Positions 1-10,589 of a DNA stretch of 64,000 nt are shown here, piece after piece. The position numbers were made by a program, and so were the translations under genes. The stretch is taken from positions 369,214-433,213 of the forward strand of contig JAULTC010000001.1 of NCBI GenBank assembly GCA_038801705.1. The letters run 5' to 3'. The DNA is from Candidatus Methanosuratincola mesotaenarum. Its GTDB lineage: Archaea; Thermoproteota; Methanomethylicia; Methanomethylicales; Methanomethylicaceae. The notes under the pieces are model-generated. The model ran no database searches. It had not been told where the DNA came from and was given only the letters and a program-made list of their open reading frames with translations. Positions within the stretch are counted from its first letter, which is position 1. The number at the start of each line of letters is the position of its first letter.

Positions 1-62
1 TTGAGAATGCTAGAATCAAGAGCGGATCAAAGGAATCCTAGGCATCTGCAGATGGGCTAGAC

Positions 63-275
63 GTGAGTATCCTTTTGGCGCTGCCAGATCATCTGAGGAA
101 GACGATGCTGGCGCTTGCCAAGTTGGTTGAAGCCCGTGCAGACGAGGTGGCAGAGATAACCCAGAGGACCAGGGCGATCGAGAGCGGCTATCTTAACCAA
201 CTCGTCAGGTTGGGCTACGTCAAGAAGATACGCAGGAAGCACCACCCTTCATTAATCGTGAAGTATATCGAATGA
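63..275 (+). CDS. Small winged-HTH DNA-binding protein (possibly 5'-disrupted)
   Basis: LPDHLRKT...A.EVAEITQRTRAIES.YLNQLV.LGY pattern resembles archaeal HTH proteins found beside MinD/ParA genes; in-frame TAG at 39-41 upstream. Confidence 0.55.
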   Translation: MSILLALPDHLRKTMLALAKLVEARADEVAEITQRTRAIESGYLNQLVRLGYVKKIRRKHHPSLIVKYIE

Positions 276-277
276 TT

Positions 278-460
278 ATGAAGAAATTCGTCGCTATACA
301 CTCTTTCAAGGGGGGGGACCGGCAAGAGCTACTTGGCAGCAAACCTTGCGACCATATATGCGCTCCAAGGGAAGAAGGCGTGCATCCTAGACATGGACTT
401 TAGGGCGCCCACTCAGCACATCGTCTTCGAGCCGAAGGGCATAAAGCAGTGGCTAACTCG
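278..460 (+). pseudogene. MinD/ParA-family ATPase fragment, frameshifted and truncated
   Basis: ATG 278 MKKFVAIHSFK, then a G run (311-317) with one extra G; the shifted frame gives GGTGKSYLAANLA...KACILDMDFRAP (deviant Walker A plus DxD); homology lost after ~460. Confidence 0.8.
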
Positions 461-634
461 CGGTGATCGAAGGAATCCTCTCGTTCAGCATATCTTTTAG
501 GGCTGACTCCACCAGTGGAGCTCAGGATTTTCAAAGGGTCGTTTTTTGTCTATCGGTCATGTAAATTATTTTGTAGCCGGAGTTATAAAAGAAAGACTGG
601 TCAAGTGGATCAGATGCCTAGAACTTCCTCACTT

Positions 635-1636
635 CTATGATCGAAAAGCCCACTTAAGGCTGCTAGATCGGAACAATGAGAGCAAGAGCACTAGCGAGAT
701 CGCTCCCGAGATCATTGTGAAAAAAAAGATCCCGGTGTAAATCCAGCCAAGCGGTGGCAGGCATACGGATGCCAAGGCAAGAGAGGGCCAGTAAGCGTTA
801 TAGAACCAGTGGATGAGGATGGCGCTCTCGAATCCATAGTTCAACGCAGAGAAGCCAAGCATCAAGCCTGCTAAAAAGGCAGTCAGGAACTTGCCCACCC
901 CCACGCCCCAGAGGCTATGTGGGCATACGCAAATACGAGTGACGAGAGTGCGACCAGCGTTGCAAGAAAACCCCGCGGCACGTTTAATCTGTCCTTCCCG
1001 AACTCCTCAATAAAGAACCGCGGTTTGAACAAGGCAAGGAGGGTCCCTTTGATCCCAATTTCGCAGCCGCGGGTCGAAAGGAGCAGGTAGACGGCGGTGG
1101 GGAGAAGCACAGGAAGCATCCTGAAGCCCAGCTCCTCGATTAATACTGAATATGATGAGAGAAAGATAGCCTCAAAGAGGTTATCGAAGGTCACGACCCC
1201 TACAGGCACTCCAAGCGACTCTTCAAAAAAATGGATCGCGTAGAATGAATAAAAAGAAACTGCCTGAGCAGATAAGGGGCATCAAAAGCAGGAAGTTCAT
1301 CCCGAATAAATGCGCCCTGTGATTTAAGAAGTCAAGGGATGATCTGCAGAAATTTGGGGCAGACGCTCCGGAGACTATAAACGCAAAAACGAAGAAGGAC
1401 ATCATGGATAGGAAAATCGGCATGGGACCGAACTGCTCAATGATCCAGGCAGGGACAAAACAAGACCCGAGGCGATCCGTGTTAAGGAGATACTGCCAAC
1501 CATTCGAAGAGCACATGACCCAAATTGAGAAGACTAGAGAAAATAGGTATGTGAACAGTACGAATACTGCCAATAAGTAGTAGGCTCCCTTGAAGAAGCA
1601 AACCGAAGTGCTCCCCTTGCATCCATAAGGAACCAC
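635..1636 (-). pseudogene. CPBP/CAAX-type intramembrane metalloprotease split into three ORFs
   Basis: EELGFR, FAYAH and HWFYN motifs spread over 1223..1636, 883..1209 and 635..904; frameshifts near 1240 and in the C run at 898-902. Confidence 0.75.
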
Positions 1637-1642
1637 ATTGAC

Positions 1643-2554
1643 TCAGAAGTGGATTCTGCCGACCAAGACGCGATTCCGGCTAACATCGGTCATGAACTCG
1701 ACTCCCCTCAGCTTCGGCAGCTTCAGCAGGAAGTCCCGCTCGGTAAGCATACCAATCGGCTTTTCGGATACAACAACCAGCGACCCTATGTTGGACGCTT
1801 TCATCACCTTCACGGCATCGCAGAGGTCTAGGTCAGGGTCCACAGTCTTTGGGTTCATTGTAGCGATCTTTGATATATTAACGCTCAGGAGGTATTCGGA
1901 TAGGCCTTTATCTATGAGAGAGTCGACGTACTGGCTCGCGAGGAACCTGATAATGTCTTTTACTGTGACGATACCCCAGATGTCCAGCCCCTTCGTTATC
2001 GGGATGCGCCTGATATCGTTTTTGATCATCACCCTCATCGCGTCCAAGAGGCTCGATCTGATGTCGAGGGTGACTAGAGGGGCAGACATGATCTCCGAGA
2101 CCCTAACGAACATTTGCTGGGCATCAAAGAGACTGAAAAGGTGTCGCTCGGAAAGCACCCCCCAGATCGTGCCGTCCTCGTTCATAAGCGGGAGTACCCC
2201 TATATCATGCTTGGCCATTATGGACATCAGCTCTGGGAGTGTGGAGGAGACCTTCCCGAGGATCGGTCTCCTGTTGACAATTGGTGCAATCGGTGAGGCG
2301 AGTACGGACTGGATGCTCCTCCCCGAAACGGCAAAAACTGAGGCGAATTTGTCCCCGCCTCCCAAGAAGTTCAGCAGGTCCTTTGCGGAAACTAGCCCAG
2401 TCAACTGTACTCCGTCCTCGGAGACGATGGCATGCCTGACGCTCTTCTCATTCATCTGCTTAAGGGCATCCATCACCGATGCGTTCTCGGAGAGCACGAC
2501 TGCCGGAGGGTGACGTGCGATCGTGGCTGCGGGGAAACAGCTCATCAGTACCAC
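1643..2554 (-). CDS. CBS-domain protein (tandem CBS pairs)
   Basis: Repeated CBS motifs (DALKQMNEKSVRHAIV, DAMRVMIKNDIRRIPI, GMLTERD). Confidence 0.9.
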   Translation of the reverse strand: MVLMSCFPAATIARHPPAVVLSENASVMDALKQMNEKSVRHAIVSEDGVQLTGLVSAKDLLNFLGGGDKFASVFAVSGRSIQSVLASPIAPIVNRRPILGKVSSTLPELMSIMAKHDIGVLPLMNEDGTIWGVLSERHLFSLFDAQQMFVRVSEIMSAPLVTLDIRSSLLDAMRVMIKNDIRRIPITKGLDIWGIVTVKDIIRFLASQYVDSLIDKGLSEYLLSVNISKIATMNPKTVDPDLDLCDAVKVMKASNIGSLVVVSEKPIGMLTERDFLLKLPKLRGVEFMTDVSRNRVLVGRIHF

Positions 2555-2586
2555 TGTCGATTTATTGGGGCAGGTTAAAGTTAAAG

Positions 2587-3570
2587 TTGTTGGTGAAGAG
2601 ATCCTTGTTTCTCATCGTATACGACATCAATGCCAAGAGGGATCCTCACGGGATCAGGATCAGGCTTGTCAGGGCGCTGAGGAGGGCTGGGGCGCTCCAG
2701 ATCCAGAGGTCGGTCTGGATAACAGAGTCGATCACAACGGATCTCTCTAGGATCGTCGATGAATTCAGGAGGGCGGGCGGGAAGGTAAAGCTCTCGGAGT
2801 GGCTCCCGAGATCCCTTGGGGAGGTTTCTTCGGCTGAAGGTCAGATGAGAAAGCTAATCCTTGCAGTGAACGGGGCAGAGCCCCTCATAGAGAAGTGGCA
2901 TGTGAAGCTCGGCAAGATCTTTGAAGGGATCGGCTACACCGTCGAAGTCAAGCCGGTGAGCTGGAGTGCAATGGTTGAATATTCGAAGTTGACCGGCGAG
3001 AGATCGGACTGCCTTTCAATGGAAAAGAGCACCAGCAGACTGCTCGACGAGATTGTCTTGGACGACTTGGATGCACTCGTGATCCTCAACTCGGGGAGGA
3101 CGTCCCAGAGTGGCATAATCTACGTAGCCCAGACCCTGTTCAATACGAAGGTTTTAAAGAACATGACTTCCCTTCCGGTGATTCAGGTAGAGAGCCTAGG
3201 CAAACCGGACTCGGCAGTGGTAGTCTGGAACGACTCCGGGAGGCGCCTCGCTGAGGAGATGAGAGAGCTGCCGATGCCAGTAGTCACCCCGAGCACCGAG
3301 TTTAGAAAGGTCACCGTCAATGGCACCAGGGAGATCAGGCAGATCCAGTACGCTGAAGTGGGGGATCTGATAATCGTGAATGGAAAGAAGGTGGGGGAGT
3401 GCCTCTCGGACAAGGTCTACGTGGTAGCAGAGGGCGGGAGCATAGTCGATATTATGGGAGGCAGGCTTTTTAGGATCGGCAGAAGGCTGAAGCTTGGCTC
3501 TCTAAGAGAGGCGATAATAAAGACGGTTCCGAAGGATGCCAAAAGGCAAAAAGATCGGTCGGCAGAATGA
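2587..3570 (+). CDS. Cas2/PaaX-like N-terminal domain fused to DUF2117-like domain
   Basis: N-term LIVYDI...RLVRALRRAGALQIQRSVW; C-term GDLIIVNGKKVG...AEGGSIVDIMGG typical of DUF2117; start chosen at TTG/GTG 2587-2593. Confidence 0.7.
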   Translation: MLVKRSLFLIVYDINAKRDPHGIRIRLVRALRRAGALQIQRSVWITESITTDLSRIVDEFRRAGGKVKLSEWLPRSLGEVSSAEGQMRKLILAVNGAEPLIEKWHVKLGKIFEGIGYTVEVKPVSWSAMVEYSKLTGERSDCLSMEKSTSRLLDEIVLDDLDALVILNSGRTSQSGIIYVAQTLFNTKVLKNMTSLPVIQVESLGKPDSAVVVWNDSGRRLAEEMRELPMPVVTPSTEFRKVTVNGTREIRQIQYAEVGDLIIVNGKKVGECLSDKVYVVAEGGSIVDIMGGRLFRIGRRLKLGSLREAIIKTVPKDAKRQKDRSAE

Positions 3571-3645
3571 CTAGTTAAGCGCCGCCCTCGCCGAAGAGGC
3601 GCCAGGCGACGTTTGCCAAGAAAGGAAGAAAGAAAGGATTATGGA

Positions 3646-4323
3646 TCAATTCGTCTTTACCGTTGCCTTCACAGGCGCTGAGAGCTTCCTCCATGCCACA
3701 AAGCCGATCAGCAGCACCAGGATCCCAACCAGGGCGATTCCGCCTATGAATGCCGTTGAAGGAGGCACGTATGATATCCCCTTGGCCTTAAGCCCGACCA
3801 GAGCATCAGAAACCGCGAGGACCGGCACACCTTCAGGGAGTTGGTTCTTGAAGACTGCGAGCGGATTGTCCTGGTTCCAGCCATTATCCAGCAGCAGCTC
3901 AATTGAGGTGGAGTTTATTGCGATGCGGTTGTTGGCGCAGCTCGCGACTACCTTACTGCCAAGAAGTATCCTTGCCGTTTCAGGTTCTACGCTAACAACA
4001 CTGCCGTTCCTTATGATGATCTGTATCGAGGCCGCCGAGGTACCATACCAGCTGTCGAGCGCAGTTATGTTCACATTTGGGTGAGCTGCAACGCTCCTTA
4101 GCATGCAGCCCGGGCAGCATGTCCAGATCCGCTGGCCCGTATCGACGTCTATCATTATAATATTCCTGTCCATCTCAGGCGTTATTAGCATCCCGCAGGC
4201 CTCGCACCTGGGGGTAGCATAGTACTGGAAGTACAGGTACCCCGAGGACCCCATTATTGCAGCTGCAACAATCACTAATAATACAGGCAGAACATAGTTC
4301 TTCACACAATCACCCACATACAA
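3646..4323 (-). CDS. Membrane-anchored TRASH/NosL-like metal-binding protein
   Basis: CEACGM and CCPGC motifs between N- and C-terminal hydrophobic helices. Confidence 0.65.
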   Translation of the reverse strand: MYVGDCVKNYVLPVLLVIVAAAIMGSSGYLYFQYYATPRCEACGMLITPEMDRNIIMIDVDTGQRIWTCCPGCMLRSVAAHPNVNITALDSWYGTSAASIQIIIRNGSVVSVEPETARILLGSKVVASCANNRIAINSTSIELLLDNGWNQDNPLAVFKNQLPEGVPVLAVSDALVGLKAKGISYVPPSTAFIGGIALVGILVLLIGFVAWRKLSAPVKATVKTN

Positions 4324-4829
4324 AATGAAAAATGCAACTAATTAAAGAGTTTTGGAATTGAATTCTTAACTAGCTAAACATTCATTAAGATCGAGGAGCT
4401 GATCCTTTGCATCAACCGATGGAAAACCCCTCGAGCCAACTTTTTCTCAGGCGTGAATGTTTGCTCTTTCTTTAGCTTCACTCGTCGACCCCTGAAGCTC
4501 CGCTGAAATGCACCAATTCTCTCACGCCATCTAGTAATTCGCCCGCTTCAAGCAGGGCATCCTGATGGCGGACTTTGATCATCCGCCTGCCCTCGCGCAT
4601 ATAGGCAAGATGGAAGTGCCTCTCGATTTTGTCCTTATGGACCGGACTGGACGGCGGGCTATGCCAAGGTTTAATCCTGTCTAGGTAAATAAGCCCCAGT
4701 TTTTCAAATGGCAATGCTGCCCACCCTATTCGCAAACAGCCGATCTGCTCAAGCAGCACATTGGAGGCGAATAAATAAAGCTGAAGGAGGCGGCCTCAAG
4801 AAAGGTAAACCAGTACTGCATCAGGCCAA

Positions 4830-5843
4830 TTAGCCCAGCATTATCCTGCCCAGTAGAGCTGTTAGCTCGAAGTTGCTGTTGCGGATTCCGGTCTCCACAG
4901 CATTATCAGCAGAGGAGGGTGTTTCGAAGCAGATCCCTCCGATCGCCAAAGAAGCCTTCAGAACAGCATTCTTTTCCTTGCCTGCGTACCTGCCCTTCTT
5001 GACAGTGCAGTCCTCTACGAAGCCCCCCATCTCAAGAAACGTACGGCAGGAATCACGATCATAAGTCATCAGATAGGCGGTGTCAGGATACCTCGAGTCA
5101 GAATAGCTCCTGAGTTTCAGGGAAAGCGACTCTGCAAGGATCTGGTACTCCTCATTCAACTGTACAGGGGTCGAAGACCCGAGCCCGATTTTGGTCGTAA
5201 CAGAATAACCGCTGCCCGTCCTTTTCAAAGACGGGTTGACCCACCCCGAGACGGACATGATGACCCGCATCGACTCATTCCTTATGCTCCAGTCTCCCTC
5301 CAAGATGTACTCTATTGTGGGTACCTCGCCCTTCCGGGCATTAGTCCCAGGGGAGAGCTCTTTGATGTCCAGAACCGCGTCCTTGCAGTAGAGCTGGCAC
5401 ATATAGCTTCCTCTCTCCGGAATGTACAGGATGCTTGGAAGTATGCGATACAGCTCGTACGAGAGCGCGCTGAAGACCTGGTGCAGGGCATGGTCTTTGC
5501 CGTAAAACCTGATGCAGTACTTCCCTCCGCTGTTGTATACGGATCCCCCGGTGACCACCATGCCTAGGAAGAGCCTCTTAAGGTCGCAAGCGTTGAATCT
5601 GCGAGCGACATTCTTGACATAACTGCTTTCGTAGCTCATGAGCGAGCCCAAAACGACCGCTCCTGATATCTGGAGCATTATCGCACCGTATGGAACCTGG
5701 TGTATCTGTGCCCCTGGCCCGCATTCTGAGATCAATTCCCCCTCAATCGAAAAAGTCATCTGGACCGCTTCAACGGCTGCGAATAGGAGCAATGCCAGAC
5801 CAAAGAGACGCGGGATGTGAGCTGCGTTGACCCTCAATCCCAA
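4830..5843 (-). CDS. Membrane-anchored degenerate LAGLIDADG-like protein
   Basis: Two N-terminal hydrophobic segments; LFLGMVVTGGSV and SMRVIMSVSGWV occupy LAGLIDADG helix positions; LNEEYQILAESLSL and RTFLEMGGF resemble intein-endonuclease blocks. Confidence 0.55.
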   Translation of the reverse strand: MGLRVNAAHIPRLFGLALLLFAAVEAVQMTFSIEGELISECGPGAQIHQVPYGAIMLQISGAVVLGSLMSYESSYVKNVARRFNACDLKRLFLGMVVTGGSVYNSGGKYCIRFYGKDHALHQVFSALSYELYRILPSILYIPERGSYMCQLYCKDAVLDIKELSPGTNARKGEVPTIEYILEGDWSIRNESMRVIMSVSGWVNPSLKRTGSGYSVTTKIGLGSSTPVQLNEEYQILAESLSLKLRSYSDSRYPDTAYLMTYDRDSCRTFLEMGGFVEDCTVKKGRYAGKEKNAVLKASLAIGGICFETPSSADNAVETGIRNSNFELTALLGRIMLG

Positions 5844-5850
5844 TACCCGA

Positions 5851-6210
5851 TCAAACTACAGTGAACTCTATCTTAATTCCTTTGCTGTTGTAGGCTGCCA
5901 CGGTCTTTGCATTGTAGGGGTAAGCAGCTATGACCATCAGCCTCCCGTAGAAGTTGTTCAGGTCCTCATCAGACGGGTTATTGTTATCTGAAGGATGGGA
6001 GTGCGCGATCCCGATTATGCTCAGGTCAAAGGGCATCATATGAGTCGGGAAGGACGAGAAGCCCTCGCCATATGTGGAGAACGGTGGTATCAGGAACTCA
6101 TTCACCTCCGCCCGATCCCCCTTCACCTTGCCGCGGATGAGCATTATGTTCTCGCGTGGAAATACTTCCCTGCACAACTCAAGGAATGTCTCGAGGACAT
6201 CCCTGCCCAC
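5851..6210 (-). CDS. JAB/MPN (Mov34) metalloprotease
   Basis: E...HSHPS...PS.ED JAMM motif. Confidence 0.9.
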   Translation of the reverse strand: MGRDVLETFLELCREVFPRENIMLIRGKVKGDRAEVNEFLIPPFSTYGEGFSSFPTHMMPFDLSIIGIAHSHPSDNNNPSDEDLNNFYGRLMVIAAYPYNAKTVAAYNSKGIKIEFTVV

Positions 6211-6237
6211 GACCGCCCCCTTCAGCGCAGCGATAGC

Positions 6238-7674
6238 CTATGCCCCCCTGATCTTCTCAGCCCCCGCAGGGACCCTCTCAAGGGCGCCGAGAGCAATGTA
6301 GGTCAGCGAGGAGACAATCAGGGTCCATAGGTTCATTGGAAGCCCAAGGGGGCTCGCTTTTAAGTAGTAAAGCGCTGCTGCGGTCGCGAACCCAGCTACG
6401 AGGGAGAAAATGGCTGATCGCTTCCCGCCCCTAGACCAGAGGAAACTCCCAAGCACAAGCGGGGCTATCGGCAACAGGAGGGAGGAGGAGAGCACCGAGA
6501 GATCGATTATGAGCCCCGGCCTCGATAGTGAAAAGAGCATGCACGCCGCCGCCAGAGCGAGCATTATCACTCGACCTGCCGCGATCTGCGCCCTCTGGCT
6601 CATGCCAGGACGGAAGGGGACGAACACATCCCTTATTGACATCGAGCTCAAGGTCAGGATCATGCTGTCGATGGTGGAGATCGATGCGGCAATGATGGCA
6701 ACCAGCCCCAAAATGGTGATCCACGGTGGCATCATGCCCAAGAGAGTCGGAGTTACAGAGTCCCTGTACGCTACCAATGGGAATCCCCCTGCTGCCGTAG
6801 CTCCCCTTAGGATGATCCCAAGCATGCACACCATAACTGTGAAGATAAACCCGTAAGCACCGAAAAGCACCACCATGTTCTTCTGGGCTTCCTTACTCTT
6901 GGGCGCAAAAAGCCTCTGCACGACCTGCGGGTTTGTGATTGCGAAGAAGAACCAGGGGATCGTCATGTTTAGGAATGTCTGGGGCGTCCAGTAGCTGTTC
7001 GGCACGTAGCCCAAATCCCCTGAGAGGAACGAGAATGAAGGCAGCCCAACAGCCCAGTTGATCGCCCAGGCGAGGATCGCCACACCCGCTGCGATCATCA
7101 GTACCCCCTGGTAGACGTCTGTCCAGCCTACGCTCCAGACACCAGCCACAACCGACCAGACCAGCGCCAGCAAGACAGCTATTATCACTGCAAGGGCAAA
7201 CGGGATCGCACCTCCTGAGGCCCCCTCGGCTGCTAAAGCGATCCCAATTATCTGTGCCGATGCATACGGTATAAGTGAAACGAGTGATACGAGGGTCACT
7301 CCCATCCCGACCGCCGGGCTGCCGTACCTATCGGTCAGGATTTCTGCCGGGGAAATGTACCCGTACCTGTTGTGTAAGGAGTAGTATCTTGGCGCAAGGT
7401 AATACAGGAGAAAGAGCGTGCCAACGAAGTACACCAGTTCGAACCCCATCGCCCCTATCCCGCTCTGGTAGCTCAGCCCGACCAGACCAATGAACATGAA
7501 TGCGCTGTAAGTGGTCGCCGCGTAAGAGAGAGAGGCCACCACAGACCCGAACCGCCCCCCAGCAGTGTAGAAGTCTTTTACGTCCCTCCTGAGCCTCTTC
7601 TTCGCAAACCACGCTATCGCGGTCCCGGCGGTGATGTAGATTGCTATCGCCAAGTATGCAAAGGAACCCTCCAT
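6238..7674 (-). CDS. Sodium:solute symporter (SSS family)
   Basis: ~13 TM segments, ATTYSAFMFIG, PQVVQRLF, AASISTIDS. Confidence 0.92.
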   Translation of the reverse strand: MEGSFAYLAIAIYITAGTAIAWFAKKRLRRDVKDFYTAGGRFGSVVASLSYAATTYSAFMFIGLVGLSYQSGIGAMGFELVYFVGTLFLLYYLAPRYYSLHNRYGYISPAEILTDRYGSPAVGMGVTLVSLVSLIPYASAQIIGIALAAEGASGGAIPFALAVIIAVLLALVWSVVAGVWSVGWTDVYQGVLMIAAGVAILAWAINWAVGLPSFSFLSGDLGYVPNSYWTPQTFLNMTIPWFFFAITNPQVVQRLFAPKSKEAQKNMVVLFGAYGFIFTVMVCMLGIILRGATAAGGFPLVAYRDSVTPTLLGMMPPWITILGLVAIIAASISTIDSMILTLSSMSIRDVFVPFRPGMSQRAQIAAGRVIMLALAAACMLFSLSRPGLIIDLSVLSSSLLLPIAPLVLGSFLWSRGGKRSAIFSLVAGFATAAALYYLKASPLGLPMNLWTLIVSSLTYIALGALERVPAGAEKIRGA

Positions 7675-7675
7675 T

Positions 7676-7840
7676 CTACACCCTCCTGAGCTCCAGCCAG
7701 ACCGAGAACAGATATGCTGCCGAAACGACCATCCAGAAGATAGCCGTGTAGGGCCCCTCGACCCCGCCCAGCAGAGTGAATGGCACCAGGTACATTAAAA
7801 GGATCACAGCCAGCGATACTGCGAGGAACCTTATTCTCAT
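7676..7840 (-). CDS. Small 2-TM accessory subunit of SSS transporter (54 aa, not in ORF track)
   Basis: ATG 7840 to TAG 7676: MRIRFLAVSLAVILLMYLVPFTLL...; abuts the symporter start. Confidence 0.75.
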   Translation of the reverse strand: MRIRFLAVSLAVILLMYLVPFTLLGGVEGPYTAIFWMVVSAAYLFSVWLELRRV

Positions 7841-8141
7841 GAGTTACTGGGAAAAGGTTTTTTTGTAATAAAGGTTTTCTTTGGTACAACGACAAACAAA
7901 CTGCGTCTGCGGGTCAAACCTGAAGGCTCCAAGTAAGGATGATGCTTAGACACACTGCGAGGACCACGATCCTTGTCGAGCCTGGCAGCAGGCACAGTCA
8001 CCACATTTTCGTTGCGCTCTAATTTACGAAACCAGTTGCGTGATCCTCTCTGCGTCGGTCGGCAGCTTGATGCGGGTTGCCTCCCTGAAGGTCGGGGTTC
8101 CTGCCGAACAAGTTAAAAACATCTGGGACATAACTCTCCTC

Positions 8142-8633
8142 ATGGATAAGAGAATACTGTGGGCGCCCTGGCGAGGAGAGTTTGTAGCAGGGGCAAAGAA
8201 GGAGGGGTGCATCTTCTGCCTGAAGGGTTCAGAAGATGATATGGCGTCGCTGATATTCGAGAGGAGAGGAAAGGTCTTTGGCATGCTCAACAGGTTTCCA
8301 TACAACACCGGCCACATAATGATCTCCCCATACAGGCACATCACTAGCATCGAAGATCTTCAGAAGGAAGAGGCTGATGACATCTTCGCATTGATGAAGG
8401 ACTCAATTGCTGTCCTGAAGATGGAGATGGGCCCCGAGGGGTTCAACATAGGGTTCAATGTCGGCAAGGTAGCAGGCGCCGGATTCGAACACTTGCATAT
8501 GCATATAGTGCCGCGGTGGACAGGGGACACCAATTTTATGCCGGTCCTTGCGTCCACCAAGGTGATGCCGGAGCATCTCCTCAAGACTATGGAGAGGATC
8601 AAGGAAGGGTTCAGAAGATTAAACCGAGGATAA
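8142..8633 (+). CDS. HIT-family nucleotide hydrolase/phosphorylase (FHIT/Ap4A type)
   Basis: [32 protein letters not shown] at 8142. Confidence 0.92.
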   Translation: MDKRILWAPWRGEFVAGAKKEGCIFCLKGSEDDMASLIFERRGKVFGMLNRFPYNTGHIMISPYRHITSIEDLQKEEADDIFALMKDSIAVLKMEMGPEGFNIGFNVGKVAGAGFEHLHMHIVPRWTGDTNFMPVLASTKVMPEHLLKTMERIKEGFRRLNRG

Positions 8634-10578
8634 TTCTAGCCGCTACGGCAACGAGTGTGGCCACGACCAAGTTCAGGACCACTATGAAAACAGTCCACTT
8701 GGCTCGGTATTCCTTCACCAACGTAGCAATGGTCGCCACGCAAGGCACGTACAGCACCATGAATATCGTGAAGACTGCCATCTGAACCGGGGACATGAGC
8801 AATGAAAAGTCCAGTGTGTTGGCGTATGTGGCAAGCATTACCAGGGCCATTTCCTTCCTGAGGATGCCGAAGATCATGGATATTCCGGCAGCAACCGGCA
8901 GCCCCAGCAGTCCGGAGGTGAAGGGGGCAAGGGCTAGGATCACTTGGTCCAAAAGCCCTAGGATCCGGAGGGCCTCTATTATTGCTGATCCAGCCACGAT
9001 CAGAGGGAGGCCGATATAGAGAAAGTCCTTTGTCTTGACCCAGGTCTTTTTCAGAACCAGCCAAGGCTTGAACAGGCGGATCCGTGGCATCTCCATTATG
9101 AGCCCCACTGATTCCCCAGGCATTGCCTTGAAGAGCAGGCGCCCGATGGCCATGACTACAAGGATGTCGAGCAAGTATATCCCCACAGCGGCTAGGAATC
9201 CAAGGTACTGCGCGGCTACACCCAGTATTATAACGGACCTGGCAGAGCAAGGTATCATCACCACAAGCGCCCCCAGTATCACCCGCTCCTTCCAGGTCTC
9301 CATTATCCTACAAGAGATGCAGGCAGGGACGCTGCACCCGTATCCGAGCAGCATCGGTATGAAAGCCTTGCCGTGGAGGCCCAGCTTGTGCATCAGCGAG
9401 TCCAGCAGGAAGGCTGCCCTCGGCAGGTACCCAGTATCCTCGAGCATCGACAGGATGAGATAGAACAGGAATATGTAGGAGATCACGATCGATACTGCTG
9501 CCATCACCCCGAACAGTATGCCGTCGATCACCAGGCTTGAGATGGATGGTCCAATTCCTAGGCTGACAAAGAGGTCTTGAATGAAGCCAGCCAGAAGACC
9601 AAAGTTCTCTTCGATAATGCCTGAGACCCACCCCCCTATAGCGAAGATCGAGAAGAATGTCCCGCCCAAGACAAGCAAGAGTATGAGGTACCCGAAGACG
9701 TGGTGAGAAAGCAGGGCCTCTATCCGCTCGGAACGGGTCCCTACTGGAGAAGCATGCATCACTGACGAGGACTTTATGATCCTTTGGATTGCAGAGTACC
9801 TCTCGGATGCAATCACAATGCTCGGCTCTTCGCCATGAATCATTTCCAGCTCGTTCTTCACGGCATTTATTCTACTTTTTAGATATGCGAGCTTTGGGAA
9901 GCGATCCTGCACCACAGGGTCGCCTTCCATGAGCTTTATTGCAACCCACTCTGGGTCGAGGTTTGCGGGTATCCCGAAGTCGGTGGTCTTGATCGCACTC
10001 GAGATCTCGGAGATTTTCTTTTCCACTTCCTTACCATACTTCAGCCTCTTCGGCGGCGCCGAGGAAATGCTGCCTATCGCAAGGTCTACAAGCTCGGCTA
10101 TTCCTGATCCGGAGATGGCATTGACCGCCACCACAGGAACGCCCAGCTCTCTCGACAGCGAGTTGATGTCTATCGCTATGCCTTTCCCCTTTGCATCCTC
10201 GACGAAGTTCAGGGCCACAACAAGCTTCACGCCCATCTCCATCAGCTGCAGCGTGAGGTAGAGGTTTCGCTCGAGTGCCATAGCATCGACCACATTCACA
10301 ACCACATGCGGATGCCCAGAGAGCAGGTAATCCCTCGCAACCACCTCCTCTTCAGAGTATGCAGAGAGAGAGTAGATCCCAGGCAGGTCGACCACATCTA
10401 TCCTGATCCCCCTGAATACCAAGGTTCCTCTTGCGATCTCCACGGTCTTTCCAGGCCAATTTCCCACCGACTGGTTCAGCCCGGTGAGCTGGTTGAATAT
10501 GGTGCTCTTACCCACGTTGGGGTTGCCGACGAGCGCAATCTCGATCCTACTCTCTTTATCCGACTTCCCAACGCCCAC
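8611..10578 (-). CDS. feoB: Ferrous iron transporter FeoB
   Basis: [33 protein letters not shown] gate motif, TM domain. Confidence 0.97.
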   Translation of the reverse strand: MGVGKSDKESRIEIALVGNPNVGKSTIFNQLTGLNQSVGNWPGKTVEIARGTLVFRGIRIDVVDLPGIYSLSAYSEEEVVARDYLLSGHPHVVVNVVDAMALERNLYLTLQLMEMGVKLVVALNFVEDAKGKGIAIDINSLSRELGVPVVAVNAISGSGIAELVDLAIGSISSAPPKRLKYGKEVEKKISEISSAIKTTDFGIPANLDPEWVAIKLMEGDPVVQDRFPKLAYLKSRINAVKNELEMIHGEEPSIVIASERYSAIQRIIKSSSVMHASPVGTRSERIEALLSHHVFGYLILLLVLGGTFFSIFAIGGWVSGIIEENFGLLAGFIQDLFVSLGIGPSISSLVIDGILFGVMAAVSIVISYIFLFYLILSMLEDTGYLPRAAFLLDSLMHKLGLHGKAFIPMLLGYGCSVPACISCRIMETWKERVILGALVVMIPCSARSVIILGVAAQYLGFLAAVGIYLLDILVVMAIGRLLFKAMPGESVGLIMEMPRIRLFKPWLVLKKTWVKTKDFLYIGLPLIVAGSAIIEALRILGLLDQVILALAPFTSGLLGLPVAAGISMIFGILRKEMALVMLATYANTLDFSLLMSPVQMAVFTIFMVLYVPCVATIATLVKEYRAKWTVFIVVLNLVVATLVAVAARIILGLIF

Positions 10579-10589
10579 AGAAAGCCCCC

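Noticed and set aside
505..540. CCAGTGGA...AGGG as an origin recognition box
   Set aside because: Single partial match, with no repeated ORBs and no orc1/cdc6 in the window.
1638..2513. Long antisense ORFs (also 39607..40503, 42310..43146, 61104..61901 and similar)
   Set aside because: Shadow frames opposite well-supported genes, with no motifs of their own.
4478..4759. 93-aa ORF
   Set aside because: No recognisable motif and a weak start; cannot support it as a gene.
7935..7990. C/D-box sRNA candidate
   Set aside because: Imperfect box C and no terminal CTGA box D.
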